From an uncultured Methanoregulaceae archaeon (GTDB lineage: Archaea; Halobacteriota; Methanomicrobia; Methanomicrobiales; Methanospirillaceae), in NCBI GenBank assembly GCA_963737635.1, contig CAVTTL010000001.1, forward strand, positions 1,024,001 through 1,088,000: 64,000 nt of DNA. The letters run 5' to 3'. Positions 41,704 through 52,274 of this stretch are shown here, piece by piece. The notes beneath the pieces are model-generated. The model worked only from the letters and a program-made list of their open reading frames with translations, was not told where the DNA came from and searched no databases. The position numbers and the translations under genes are program-made. Numbering within the stretch: the stretch's first letter is position 1; each line of letters starts with the position of its first letter.

Positions 41704-43359
41704 ATGTCGCAACAACTTGGAGGACAACCAATTCTTATTCTTAAGGAAGGTACCAACCGTACCCGAGGCCGTGACGCCCAGGGTATGAACATCACCGCTG
41801 CAATGGCTGTTGCCAGTGCAGTAAGGACCACGCTCGGCCCCAAGGGTATGGACAAGATGCTTGTCGATACCATCGGCGATGTCGTGATTACGAATGATGG
41901 TGTCACCATCCTCAAGGAAATGGACATCGAGCACCCGGCCGCAAAGATGATGGTCGAGGTCGCAAAGACCCAGGATGACGAGGTCGGCGACGGAACTACC
42001 ACTGCAGTCGTTATCGGTGGGGAACTCTTAAAGAAGGCCGAGGCACTCCTTGAACAGGACGTACACCCGACGGTTATCGCCCACGGCTACCGTATGGCGG
42101 CTGAGAAGGCGCAGGCGCTGCTCAAAGACATCGCGTTCGATGTCAAGTCCACCGACAAGGCACTCTTAAAGAACATCGCCGGCACCGCAATGACCGGCAA
42201 GGGCGCTGAGGCAAGCAAGGACAAGCTCTGTGACCTCGTGGTCAGGGCCGTCACCATGGTGACTGATGCTGACGGGACTGTCGATATCGACAACATCAAG
42301 GTCGAGAAGAAGACCGGCGGCAGCATCGAGGACTCCGAGATTGTTGAAGGAGTTCTCATCGACAAGGAGCGCGTGCACCCGTCAATGCCAAAGAAGGTCA
42401 CCAACGCAAAGATCCTTCTTCTCAACGCAGCGGTCGAGTTCAAGAAGACCGAAGTCGACGCTGAGATCAATATAACCCACCCCGAGCAGTTACAGGCATT
42501 CCTCGACGAAGAGGAGCGCATGGTCAAGAATATTGTCGAAAAGATTGTCAAAAGCGGTGCAAACGTCCTCTTCTGCCAGAAGGGTATCGACGACATCGCA
42601 CAGCACTACCTTGCAAAGGCCGGTATCTTCGCCGTCCGCCGTGTCAAGAAGAGCGACATGGAGAAGCTTGCCCGGGCAACCGGTGGCAGCCTCGTTTCAA
42701 GCATTGATGCGATCGGCAAGGAAGAACTCGGTCATGCCGGTGTTATCGAAGAGCGCAAGGTCTCCGGAGAGGAGATGACCTTTGTCGAGCAGTGCAAGAA
42801 CCCGAAATCGGTCTCCATCATTGTCAAGGGCGGCACTGAGCATGTTGTCGACGAGCTCGAGCGCGCCATCCACGACGCACTCCGCGTTGTCGGCGTCGTT
42901 GTTGAGGACAAGAAGGTCGTCGCCGGCGGCGGTGCACCCGAGACCGAGCTCTCGCTCCGGCTCCGCGAGTACGCGGCAACGGTCGGTGGCAAGGAACAGC
43001 TCGCCATCGAGGCATTTGCAGTCGCGCTCGAGATCATCCCGCGAACCCTTGCAGAGAACGCAGGTCTCGATCCCATTGACATGCTGGTAGAGATCCGCTC
43101 AACCCATGAGAAGGGCAAGAAGAACTACGGTCTCAATGTCTTCGAAGGAAAAGCAGTCGATATGAAGGCAGCCGGTGTTGTTGAGCCCCTCCGTGTCAAG
43201 ACCCAGGCAATCTCCTCAGCTGCAGAAGCCGCGATCATGATCCTCCGCATTGACGACGTGATCGCCTCTTCCAAGTCCCCCTCTCCGGCACCCGGTGCCG
43301 GTGGCATGCCGCCTGGAATGGGTGGCATGGGCGGAATGGGTGGCATGGGCGACTACTAA
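41704..43359 (+). CDS. ths: Thermosome (group II chaperonin) subunit
   Basis: [26 protein letters not shown] tail. TATA-like TTATATA at ~41657. Confidence 0.98.
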   Translation: MSQQLGGQPILILKEGTNRTRGRDAQGMNITAAMAVASAVRTTLGPKGMDKMLVDTIGDVVITNDGVTILKEMDIEHPAAKMMVEVAKTQDDEVGDGTTTAVVIGGELLKKAEALLEQDVHPTVIAHGYRMAAEKAQALLKDIAFDVKSTDKALLKNIAGTAMTGKGAEASKDKLCDLVVRAVTMVTDADGTVDIDNIKVEKKTGGSIEDSEIVEGVLIDKERVHPSMPKKVTNAKILLLNAAVEFKKTEVDAEINITHPEQLQAFLDEEERMVKNIVEKIVKSGANVLFCQKGIDDIAQHYLAKAGIFAVRRVKKSDMEKLARATGGSLVSSIDAIGKEELGHAGVIEERKVSGEEMTFVEQCKNPKSVSIIVKGGTEHVVDELERAIHDALRVVGVVVEDKKVVAGGGAPETELSLRLREYAATVGGKEQLAIEAFAVALEIIPRTLAENAGLDPIDMLVEIRSTHEKGKKNYGLNVFEGKAVDMKAAGVVEPLRVKTQAISSAAEAAIMILRIDDVIASSKSPSPAPGAGGMPPGMGGMGGMGGMGDY

Positions 43360-43385
43360 CCCCTTTTAAAATCTCCCCTTTTTTA
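43360..43385 (+). terminator. Oligo-T terminator after the thermosome gene
   Basis: CCCCTTTT...CCCCTTTTTTT immediately after the stop codon. Confidence 0.5.
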
Positions 43386-43600
43386 GTGTGGCGTTCTTCA
43401 TTGTTTCCCATGCGGGAATCGTGCATTTCACGAGGCTGTCACGTAATAGTGCCTTGTTGTTCCTTTTGAAGCAATAACAGCAGAAAAGTAACATCCGGAG
43501 TTACAACAAAGCCCGGATAAAAACGATCTTCGGGGTTTTATGGCTCGCTAAAAGTACTGCCACAGCGGATAAAATCCAAAAAGAAGAGAATTTGAGGGAA

Positions 43601-44161
43601 TTAATATGAGGCTGAGTTGGGGTTTGCCTGGACGATGATGGTTCCCGTGATGTTTGATTTATCCAATTGGTAAACAATTGTACCTGTCTGTTGTACGGTG
43701 AATGTATAGGTGAACCCCCCGGTCGGGACAATTGCACCGGAATTGAACACGCCACTGTAATTCCCGATCGTCATGATCGAGTGAGAGACGTTGTCATTGT
43801 TCACAAAGGTGATGCCGGTGCCGGGAAGGACACTGTCTACCAGGGGAGTGAAACCGGTGCTGGTGATGTGGACGGTGGTTACTTCGGATGCCGAAGTGGG
43901 TGTAGCCGCGGTTGCCACAGTAGTTACTACGGCAGTGACATTTGCTGCCGGTGCCGTCGTTACATTAGCAACCATCGTCACGTTGGTGACCGGTACCGTG
44001 GTTGCCACCGTAGTTGGAACAGAAGTGGCGACCGTGGTAACTACGGTAGTTGGGGCAGGTGTTTGCGTTGTAGTCTGTACTGAAGACGATGCGGGCTGAG
44101 TGCACCCGGTGACAGCCACCAGTGCAACAAGAAGGATAATAAATCCCATGAGCAGTTTCAT
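43601..44161 (-). CDS. Lipoprotein with Thr-rich linker and cupredoxin-like domain
   Basis: VTGC lipobox, T/V/A-rich stalk, GFTP..V.PGTGITFVNNDNVSHSI...FNSG. Confidence 0.8.
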   Translation of the reverse strand: MKLLMGFIILLVALVAVTGCTQPASSSVQTTTQTPAPTTVVTTVATSVPTTVATTVPVTNVTMVANVTTAPAANVTAVVTTVATAATPTSASEVTTVHITSTGFTPLVDSVLPGTGITFVNNDNVSHSIMTIGNYSGVFNSGAIVPTGGFTYTFTVQQTGTIVYQLDKSNITGTIIVQANPNSASY

Positions 44162-44350
44162 ATGGTGTACTCATGAACCCTTTATATTTTAATAAATTTG
44201 CTTTTTGAGGCAGAATCCTCTCGCAAAACCCAAACCGAACCTGAATTTTTATCCATACATTATACCGCCAGCGTAAACTCGCGATCTTCCAGCCCCTCCA
44301 CGATCCAGCTGCGACAGGTTAATGATGCCCCGGATGCACAACACTCCAGC

Positions 44351-44752
44351 ATGGACGACAAATTCATCAGCACGGATTACCGCACCGATTGTTACCACTG
44401 CCGGCAAATGGCAGACCAGCATATTCATGTTATGCCCAACCGGACTGATGTTACCTGTGGAAACTGCGGTGCCACCCGGGTCTTTATACCCCTCAATGAA
44501 GACGTGGACAAAGAGGGTGTTTTTGCAAAACCCGGGCACTGGCCGGTCTGGTCTCTTGCGCCGCAGGCCGTGTGCCGGAACTGCGGTGTCGACGGACTTC
44601 ACGATCTGACGGTCAGCTGCCGCACTATAACGGTACGGTGCCGGAACTGCCGGTTCACCCACCTGTATCGGTTTAATCTCGAATACATGGCCGGGGACGC
44701 ACCGGATGACAAACCGGCTGATGTCGTCTCCGGTCATGCTACCTGTCCGTAA
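44351..44752 (+). CDS. Duplicated zinc-ribbon protein
   Basis: CYHC, CGNC, CRNC, CRNC. Confidence 0.7.
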   Translation: MDDKFISTDYRTDCYHCRQMADQHIHVMPNRTDVTCGNCGATRVFIPLNEDVDKEGVFAKPGHWPVWSLAPQAVCRNCGVDGLHDLTVSCRTITVRCRNCRFTHLYRFNLEYMAGDAPDDKPADVVSGHATCP

Positions 44753-44776
44753 CGGAGCGGTAAGAAAAGAAGATTC

Positions 44777-45499
44777 TTACGCACAGTTCACGCACTCAAG
44801 GGCCGGGTACGTGTCTGCGTAACATTCAATGATATCGTTAAGCTTGGCTGAAAGTTTCTGGTTTTTGGTAAGGATGAAAAAGACCACTTCGGTGTCGGTG
44901 ATAACGGCAGGAGTCATGCTAGTCCATTTTTCCAGCTCACCGGATATATTCCTGATAAAGTCCTCACGTTTTCCCCGGGGGAAATGCTGGTAGATCATCA
45001 GGAGCGAACCGGGGTCCATCCGGTTGCAGACCATTTTTATCTCCGAATAGAGCAGGTGTTTGCTGTCCGGGCTGTCGGTTCTGAGGCCGGTATCCGGATC
45101 GATGAAGATCAGGGAATTCGCGGGGAATTTATGGAACACGGACCGGAAATAGGTGTCCCGGTCATGGTTCGTGAACCTCTGCTTACCGGGGATGTCAATC
45201 AGGATCGTTTCATTCTCGAAATAGGTCGAGACACCGTTGATATACTCAAGATCGTTATCGATCTCCTGGAGCCTTGCGAGGTGTTCCCGGAGTTCCCGGT
45301 TCTGGCTGCCGGCTTTTCCGGATCGATACGCATCTTCAAGATCTTTTTGTGCCGCACGTTTCCGGTGTGCTTTTGCCTCAGTTCCGGTCAGCATCGGGAC
45401 AAAGGTAAAACCTGCAACTTCGGGCAGGGATTTCATGATATGCCGAACCAGATCGAATTTGAAGAGATCCCGGGTATCTCCAAAGTTCCTGCCGTTCAA
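44777..45499 (-). CDS. Hypothetical protein (possible MTase-like fold)
   Basis: 240 aa; NFGDTRDLFKF, LIFIDPDTG, LMIYQH. TTG start. Confidence 0.65.
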   Translation of the reverse strand: MNGRNFGDTRDLFKFDLVRHIMKSLPEVAGFTFVPMLTGTEAKAHRKRAAQKDLEDAYRSGKAGSQNRELREHLARLQEIDNDLEYINGVSTYFENETILIDIPGKQRFTNHDRDTYFRSVFHKFPANSLIFIDPDTGLRTDSPDSKHLLYSEIKMVCNRMDPGSLLMIYQHFPRGKREDFIRNISGELEKWTSMTPAVITDTEVVFFILTKNQKLSAKLNDIIECYADTYPALECVNCA

Positions 45500-45678
45500 A
45501 GATATAATCCCCCTTGCAACCGTATATTAAGGCAATATATAAAAAAGGTTGCGAATTGTACCTGGCATCCGGAAGATCGTTTCTCTCACCGCCTGAATGC
45601 GGGCAACAGTTACGTCTTCCAGTAGAAGAAAAAAGAACGATAAGAAGAGGAAAGCGAAATCTAAAAATATACGGGGAG

Positions 45679-45939
45679 TTATTTTTCTTCCCGCACCATG
45701 GTGATGGCTTTTTTGGGGCACTCGTTGGCACAGATGCCACAGCCCTTGCAGAACCTGAGATCAACAGTAAGTTCCTCATCGATCGCGTTGTCGGGGCAGT
45801 ACATCGAACAGAGTCCGCACGCGTTGCATTTCTCCTTGTCAACGACGGGCCTGAACACCCGCCACGACCCGGTCTGCCCGGCGGCTCCCTCGGTTGGCCG
45901 GCTCACCGCCAGTCTCTCGCGTTTTGCGCTGCTGCTCAT
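45679..45939 (-). CDS. porD: 2-oxoacid:ferredoxin oxidoreductase delta subunit
   Basis: TGSWRVFRP, CNACGLCSMYCP, CKGCGICANECP. Confidence 0.9.
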   Translation of the reverse strand: MSSSAKRERLAVSRPTEGAAGQTGSWRVFRPVVDKEKCNACGLCSMYCPDNAIDEELTVDLRFCKGCGICANECPKKAITMVREEK

Positions 45940-46463
45940 GCGCTCATCTCCTTATACGCTGCATCCGCAGCCTTGACATTGCGTTCATCGGTAAACATCC
46001 CCCGTATTGCTGTCTTTGCCGATTCCGGCGAGATGATACCCATCTTTGCTAGTGCCCCAAGCACCGGTGTATTGAGGATGGGGCTTCCCGCGACCACGAG
46101 TTTTTCCCTAAGGGCGATTCCCGTCAGGTCGACGTTGAACGTGGTACATCCAGCAAACTCCGGGTTGTGGGCGCTGTTGATGAGTACCCGGCCGCCTTTT
46201 TTTAAGCCGTGCAGGACATCAACCGTCTCCATCACGCTTGCATCGAGCACCACCACAAGGTCCGGATCCCGGATCTGGCTGTAAACTTTGATGGGACGGT
46301 CATCGATCCGGACAAATGAGACGACCGGAGCCCCCCGGCGCTCTGCACCATAGAAGGGGCAGGCAGTTGCATACTTGCCGTCGTGGAGTGCAGCCGTTGC
46401 GAGGAGCCGGGCAGCAGTCACGCCACCTTGTCCGCCCCGGGAATGGATCCTGACCTCAAACAT
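45936..46463 (-). CDS. porC: 2-oxoacid:ferredoxin oxidoreductase gamma subunit
   Basis: RGGQGGVTA, YGAERRGAPV, NTPVLGA. Confidence 0.9.
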   Translation of the reverse strand: MFEVRIHSRGGQGGVTAARLLATAALHDGKYATACPFYGAERRGAPVVSFVRIDDRPIKVYSQIRDPDLVVVLDASVMETVDVLHGLKKGGRVLINSAHNPEFAGCTTFNVDLTGIALREKLVVAGSPILNTPVLGALAKMGIISPESAKTAIRGMFTDERNVKAADAAYKEMSA

Positions 46464-47568
46464 GGTCGTTCACTCCGAACCAGAACTCTTCTCCCATACG
46501 GCGCTCCCGGACAAAATCTGCCATGTCGTCGTAGGTCACTTCCTGCCCGCCGAGACCGGCGATTACGCTGTAAACCTCGCACTGGTTCTTTGCCATGATC
46601 TCGTGGGCAACAACACCGCCATAGCCAAACGAGTAGTCCCGGTCGATGACTACGACTTCTTTCCCGGCAAGGTCGAGCTGTGGGAACGGGCGGAACCAGC
46701 GCAGGCGCATTGAGCCGGCCTTTACGCCCTCTTTTCGCAGGATGTCTATGGTAACCTCAGCCTCTTTCCCGAGCGTGCCCATGGCAATAAGGATAACGTC
46801 AGCGTCCTCGCACCGGTAATCTTCGGTCGGGCCGTAGCTGCGGCCGAACCGGCCTGCAAAGTCCTTTTCGGTTGCTGCGATCACCTTGACCGAATCGCGC
46901 ATCGAGCGTTCGATCTCCCACCTGAACCGGAAGTGCTGTTCTGGCCCGGTAAGCCCGCCATACCCGGCCGGGTTCTTCGTATCGATGGCATGGGGCAGGT
47001 GAAGCGGCGGGATGAAGTCCCCGGGCTCCACGGTGTCCAGCGGCTGCATGATATGGGAGAGAGAGAACCCGTCGAGGTTGACCATCACCGGCAGCAAAAC
47101 ATCGTTGTGCTCGGCGATCCGGAACGCCATCAAGGTAGTATCATACGCTTCCTGCACGGTCGAGACATATACCTGGAGCCAGCCGGTATCGCGTTCCTGC
47201 ATTGCGTCAGTATGTTCTGCCCAGATGTTCCATCCGGGGCCAAGCGAGCGGTTCACGTTTGCCATTACGATCGGGAGGCGCGCTCCTGCGGCCCAGTTGG
47301 TCATCTCGTGCATGTAGAGCAGGCCGTGGGCGCTTGTCGCGGTAAACGTCCGCACGCCCGTAATGCTGGCACCGATACAGGCAGCCATTGCGGAATGCTC
47401 GCTCTCGACCGGGATGTAGCGGCTCTTCATCTGGCCGCTCGTTACGTAGTCTGCGATGGTCTCCACGATCTCGGTCTGGGGCGTGATGGGATAGGCCGCC
47501 ACCACGACGGGTAGCGCCTGTTTGGCCGCCTCGGCAATAGCCTTATTTCCGGTCGCGATCTTTCTCAT
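46456..47568 (-). CDS. porA: 2-oxoacid:ferredoxin oxidoreductase alpha subunit
   Basis: AYPITPQT, ESEHSA, FTATSAHGL, LDGFSLSH, GLGG. Confidence 0.92.
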   Translation of the reverse strand: MRKIATGNKAIAEAAKQALPVVVAAYPITPQTEIVETIADYVTSGQMKSRYIPVESEHSAMAACIGASITGVRTFTATSAHGLLYMHEMTNWAAGARLPIVMANVNRSLGPGWNIWAEHTDAMQERDTGWLQVYVSTVQEAYDTTLMAFRIAEHNDVLLPVMVNLDGFSLSHIMQPLDTVEPGDFIPPLHLPHAIDTKNPAGYGGLTGPEQHFRFRWEIERSMRDSVKVIAATEKDFAGRFGRSYGPTEDYRCEDADVILIAMGTLGKEAEVTIDILRKEGVKAGSMRLRWFRPFPQLDLAGKEVVVIDRDYSFGYGGVVAHEIMAKNQCEVYSVIAGLGGQEVTYDDMADFVRERRMGEEFWFGVNDHV

Positions 47569-48449
47569 GGCTCTGCCTCCTCTGCGGCCAGTTTTTTGAG
47601 GTTTGCTGCGAGCTGCTGCCGGAGGATCTCAATTGTTTTTTTGTCAATGCCAGAGAACCGGCCCTGCGGGGCGAGGTATTCCTCGAGGGGGATCGGTTTT
47701 TTCATCGCTGCTTTCGAGGGTGCAGTAATGGAAAGTTTCCCGTTCTCGCGCTCGTAGAGCACCCACATGCCGGATTTGACCGCGAGTTTTCCTATCTCGA
47801 TTGTCCTCTCGGTCGGATAGCGCCACCCGGGCGGACAGGGCGCAAGGATATGGAGGAAGGTCGGGCCCCGGAACGTCAGGGCTTTGGCCACTTTTTTGTA
47901 GATGTCCTGGGGGTACGCACTGCAGGAAGTGGCCATGTATTCGAGGTGATGGGCGGCGGCAATTGCGTCGATGTCTTTCTTCCCCACCGTCTTTCCCGTT
48001 GGCGTGGTGGTGGTCTTTGCACCAAGAGGGGTCGCTCCCGAGCGTTGCATACCGGTATTCCCGTACGCCTCGTTGTCGTAGCAGATATAGAGGAAATCGG
48101 TGCCCCGTTCAAAGGCACCCGACATAGACTGGATGCCGATGTCGAGGGTCCCGCCATCACCGGCGTACACGATCACGTGGGTCCTTTTGCCAAGAGCCTG
48201 GAATGCTTCGGACATGCCTGATGCACAGGCAGCAGCTGCGGCAAATGCGACGTTATGGACAGGCACGTTCATCGCGGTATTGGGGTAGATCCCCTGGATG
48301 ACGCTCGTGCAGCACGCGGGAACAACAAGAACGGTATCCTGACCGGCAGCTTTTAACACGTAGCGCAGGATCAGCGACGAACTACACCCGGCGCAGGCAG
48401 ATGTGCATTTTTTTAAGTATTCTTCTTTTGGGATTTCAGCGATGATCAC
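47565..48449 (-). CDS. porB: 2-oxoacid:ferredoxin oxidoreductase beta subunit
   Basis: ACAGC, GDGG..DIG, YDNEAYGNTGMQRS, APCPPGW. GAGGAG before a GTG start. Confidence 0.92.
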   Translation of the reverse strand: MIIAEIPKEEYLKKCTSACAGCSSSLILRYVLKAAGQDTVLVVPACCTSVIQGIYPNTAMNVPVHNVAFAAAAACASGMSEAFQALGKRTHVIVYAGDGGTLDIGIQSMSGAFERGTDFLYICYDNEAYGNTGMQRSGATPLGAKTTTTPTGKTVGKKDIDAIAAAHHLEYMATSCSAYPQDIYKKVAKALTFRGPTFLHILAPCPPGWRYPTERTIEIGKLAVKSGMWVLYERENGKLSITAPSKAAMKKPIPLEEYLAPQGRFSGIDKKTIEILRQQLAANLKKLAAEEAEP

Positions 48450-48620
48450 CAACTCCTCTTGCCTAGCGTGATAAACGCGAAAAAGCGAATCTATCATTAT
48501 TTATCATTCTGGGTGCAAAAAAAGGAAGTCTGTTTTACTCGATGCCGGTCTGTGGATTCGGGATGGCGATCACTTTCGCACCGCCCGGTCAGGCCTTTAA
48601 ACAGTGCATTATGCAACTAT

Positions 48621-48780
48621 GGTACAGGGAGGATCAAACCCCTAAAAGCACGTTCCCGGTGACCCGACCGGTATGTGGCTCCTCCCGGCCTCTCAAAAGA
48701 AAAACCCTTGAATGAAATCCCGGTTAGGACGCATAAGCGGACCCCTCTCATCCTGCTTGTGCCCCGACTCTTTTGTTTTT
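48621..48780 (+). ncRNA. Candidate structured small RNA (two long hairpins plus U-tract)
   Basis: TTTAAA at 48596-48601. Hairpin 1 spans 48627-48686 and hairpin 2 spans ~48722-48769 with loop CCCCTCTCA. Ends in TTTTGTTTTT. Confidence 0.5.
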
Positions 48781-48827
48781 GACCTCCTTTCTTCGAAAAA
48801 GCAATATATTTTAGGAACATTTCTCTA

Positions 48828-49322
48828 ATGTCTGCTATGGCTCTTCGATCCCTCAATCTTCCCGGAGTCGGTACAAAATACGAATTTGAGACTGACAAAG
48901 GCGATACGGTTGCGATTTTTTTCACCAAGACCGGATCCATCCAGATGTATACCCTCCAGAAAGGCTGCCACACGCCGAGTGCGGCCGAGATGACGCCGGT
49001 GGAAGCGCGGAGGCTGGGAAACATCCTGACCGGGGCAATTATTGAGGCAGATCAGGAAAGCGTGGAGATCGCGTTCTCGGCGCTTGCCGATCTCCGGGTC
49101 ACCATTCACTCGTATATCATCCCCCGGGTTATTGCTGGAAAAACGATTGAAGATCTTCAGATCCGGGCAAAGACCGGGACTACCATTATCGCTGTCTCCA
49201 GGAATGACAGGAATATCATCAATCCCCCGCCATCGTTTGTCTTCGAGACAGGCGACGCGGTACTGGTGATTGGTGAATCAGACCAGCTCAAACTCTTCGA
49301 ACACGAAATCATGGTGGATTGA
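48828..49322 (+). CDS. KhtT-like K+/H+ antiporter regulatory subunit (RCK_C)
   Basis: LPGVGTKYE, EARRLGNIL, IRAKTGTTIIAV...NPPPSF..GD. Confidence 0.85.
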   Translation: MSAMALRSLNLPGVGTKYEFETDKGDTVAIFFTKTGSIQMYTLQKGCHTPSAAEMTPVEARRLGNILTGAIIEADQESVEIAFSALADLRVTIHSYIIPRVIAGKTIEDLQIRAKTGTTIIAVSRNDRNIINPPPSFVFETGDAVLVIGESDQLKLFEHEIMVD

Positions 49323-50468
49323 TGGAAGGCATCATCATCGCCCTTTTAGTCTGCCTCGTGCTCGCGCTGGTCAGCAAATACCTGACCATTCCGGCGATCC
49401 CGTTCTATATTATCGCCGGGGTCGTCCTCGGCCAGGCCGGGCTTGGGATCGTCGCGTCCGACCAGATCAGCAGTTTCTTCTCCAATATGGGGCTGATCTT
49501 CCTGCTCTTTTTTGTCGGCCTTGGTCTTAAGGTCGATAAAATTTCTGAGAACCAGAGGGAGGTGCTCACAAGTGGGATCATCGATCTCAACGTCAACATG
49601 CTCATCGGCTTTGTGGCTGCGTATCTCCTTGGCTTTTCCCTGGTTGAATCGCTCATTGTCGCTGCAGCGTTCTATCAGCTCCAGCACCGCAATGACAGTT
49701 ACTTCTTTAATCGAGAACCGGAAGCTGATGATGAGGGAGTCGGAGACCATCATCTGGCTGATGGTCTTTGAGGATCTTGTGCTCATCGTCGTCCTCGCAT
49801 TCCTTTCGGCCGGTAACGAGAACCTTCTTCTCTTTGCGGTGGAGATCCTCATCGGACTGGCCCTCGTTTATGCGCTTGCCCATTACGGGAAGGAATTTTT
49901 AGTTTCTATCCTCGATCGGGATGACGAGCTCCCGGTTCTTTTCACCTTCGTTGCGGTGGTTGCGACCGCGGGATTTGCCGTGACTGTCGGCGTTCCTGAC
50001 ACCCTGATGGTGATCGCGCTTGGGGCGGCATTTGCGACTACCGACCCGGATGAGTTCGAGCAGCACGCCCGCCCATTCAAGGACGTATTCCTGGTGATCT
50101 TCTTTGTCTTTTTCGGGATCACGATCAACCTTTCCGGGAGCGTCAGCTTTGGTGTGATCGCGATAATCTGTCTCCTTGCGATCGCAAGCAAGCTCATCTC
50201 CGGTGTGCTGACCGGGCTTGCACTGTATGGATCGGCACGATCCGGCCTTGAAATCTGGGCAAACACCATAGGCAGGGGTGAGTTCTCTATCGCGCTCGCC
50301 GCGCTGTACGGGTCTCCCCCGGTTGCTGTCACGATTGCTGTCCTGGTGATTGTAACCTCCCTGGTGGGTTCTTTTGCAGCGAAGTACTCGGGCTCCCTCA
50401 CGCGGGGGTTTGCATCCCGGGGCCGTCGTCACGGCCCCCCTCCACACCGGGTGCATACGGGTCACTAG
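49322..50468 (+). CDS. KhtU-like CPA2 cation:proton antiporter (frameshift near 49675)
   Basis: IPFYIIAG, GLIFLLFFVGL, ISSSTA, LMVFEDL, FKDVFLVIFF, GRGEFSIA across two ORFs. Confidence 0.85.
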
Positions 50469-50587
50469 GCGCCGGCCAGCGTCCCTGTGGGACATTAGCT
50501 CTCCCTGTCCTCTCATTGCGCAGGGTACCTTCGGATCGATAAAATTTTCCTGTGTGGTGCCCTTTCTTTTGACAACACGGGTAATCT

Positions 50588-51296
50588 ATGACAGAGTACC
50601 GGACAGGGTGCATGGTCTGTGGAAAGCCGCTCAGGTATCTTGAGTCTCCCGAGCGCCACGAATGTGCGTACTGCCACAGGGTTCAAGCAACCAATGCCCT
50701 GTGCGTCGATGGACACTTTGTCTGCGACCGCTGCCACAGTCTTGGCGCCGACGATGCAATTGAGCAGGTACTGCGTCCAGACAAAAGAGACCGACCCCGT
50801 CCGGATGGCAATCACCCTGATGCAGAATCCGGTGGTGAACATGCACGGCCCCGAGCATCACTTCCTTGTGCCTGCCGTGCTCCTTGCAGCGTACTGTAAC
50901 GTTACCGGGCAACCGGATCGCAAGGCCAGGCTGATCGCAACAGCGCGGGAACGTTCCGGGATGATCCGGGGCGGTGCCTGCGGTTTTATGGGAGACTGCG
51001 GGGCGGCGGTAGGCACCGGGATCTTCATCTCACTGGTGACCGGCGCGACGCCGCTTTCGCACCGGGAGTGGCAGCAGGCAAACCTTGTGGTGGCAAAAAG
51101 CCTTGAAACGATCGCCATGCATGGCGGGCCGCGCTGCTGCAAGAGAAACACGTTTCTTGCGATACAGGGGGCTGTCGCCTTCGTACGGGATCATCTGGGG
51201 GTGACAATCCCGATCTCCGGGGCCGTCACCTGCCACTTTTACGGCATGAATAAGGAATGCCTGACCCGGGACTGCCCTTTTTATCCTGCCGGCTGA
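50588..51296 (+). CDS. DUF5714-like Cys-rich protein (frameshift near 50765)
   Basis: CMVCG, CVDGHFVCDRCH, then MHGPEHHFLVPA, GGACGFMGDCGAAVG, GGPRCCKR. Confidence 0.75.
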
Positions 51297-51727
51297 TTTT
51301 TATTTCCCCGCGCTTCGATGATCCGCTCAACGATCAGGCGCGAGCTTGCAAGGTCCCCGTCTGCATATTTCCCAATCCTGACGACCTTGGCCTGAAGCCG
51401 CCGCTCTGCAAGCTCGCTTCGCAGTTTTTCCTCATCGAAATACTGGTTGAACCCGATGGTGATGATATCAGGGCGGATCTCCTCTATGGGGTGGAACATG
51501 TCGGTCCGGTCCCCAAGAATTGCGTGATCGACGGGCTTGAGCGCGGCGATCATCACGAGGCGCTGTTCTTCCGGGAGGACCGGGTGAGGCTTATGCTTCA
51601 CGTTTGCATCCCTGGCTACGATCACGAAGAGCTCATCGCCCAGTTTCTTAGATTCGGAAAGGTAGTAGAGGTGCCCCGGGTGGAGGATGTCAAACGTCCC
51701 GGTGGCAACGACGCGCCGAACAGTCAT
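51281..51727 (-). CDS. ribL: Archaeal FAD synthase (cytidyltransferase-like)
   Basis: ATGTFDILHPGH, VIVARD, PDIITIGFNQ. Confidence 0.88.
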   Translation of the reverse strand: MTVRRVVATGTFDILHPGHLYYLSESKKLGDELFVIVARDANVKHKPHPVLPEEQRLVMIAALKPVDHAILGDRTDMFHPIEEIRPDIITIGFNQYFDEEKLRSELAERRLQAKVVRIGKYADGDLASSRLIVERIIEARGNKNQPAG

Positions 51728-52095
51728 GGGATTACCTCAAGATGGCAGGGCTCCCCCTCCGCATCAAAACATTGCCAATCGTCCTCACGGTACGGGGCAC
51801 CGATGATGAGGTTGTACCTTCCTGCCCTGGGAAAGAAGTTCATGTCCGCATTGGATGGCCTGAGGACGCCGTTTGGGTGGGAGTGGGCGCTCCCCGCAAG
51901 GTGGGTGCCAAGCGGCATCATGTCAAAGAAGATGGAGGCAGATGCACTTCCGGTAATGGTGCCTGGAAGAAGGTTGAGTTCGCTGATTACACCATCCTCC
52001 TCTTTCAGGAGTGCGGCGAACTCCTTGGGGTGGTTATTCCTGCCCAGTTCGAGCAGCAGTGAGAGAAGATCTTTTTTGATTCCGCGGATGGTCAT
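51724..52095 (-). CDS. JAMM/MPN (Mov34) metalloprotease
   Basis: HPKEF, GSAHSHP...PSNAD. Confidence 0.9.
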   Translation of the reverse strand: MTIRGIKKDLLSLLLELGRNNHPKEFAALLKEEDGVISELNLLPGTITGSASASIFFDMMPLGTHLAGSAHSHPNGVLRPSNADMNFFPRAGRYNLIIGAPYREDDWQCFDAEGEPCHLEVIP

Positions 52096-52274
52096 GGTCG
52101 CACACGAAAAAAGCGTTCCGGCGCTTGTACCGATCCATTCGTTCTGGTATGCAAAAAATGAATCGCAACATACTCGGAAGGGTTGGACCAGTCCTGATTC
52201 GCCCCTTTGGGCTTATTGACAACCCGGGAACGCTCTGGCTGCAGGGTTTGAACAGATCGTGGTCAAAAAAATAT

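Noticed and set aside
43290-43356. Short tandem repeats GGCATGGG
   Set aside because: They encode the standard Gly-Gly-Met tail of chaperonins.
48540-48800. SRP RNA, RNase P RNA, tRNA or a c-di-AMP (ydaO) riboswitch
   Set aside because: Their diagnostic conserved sequences were not recognised on either strand; the region is kept only as an unassigned sRNA candidate.
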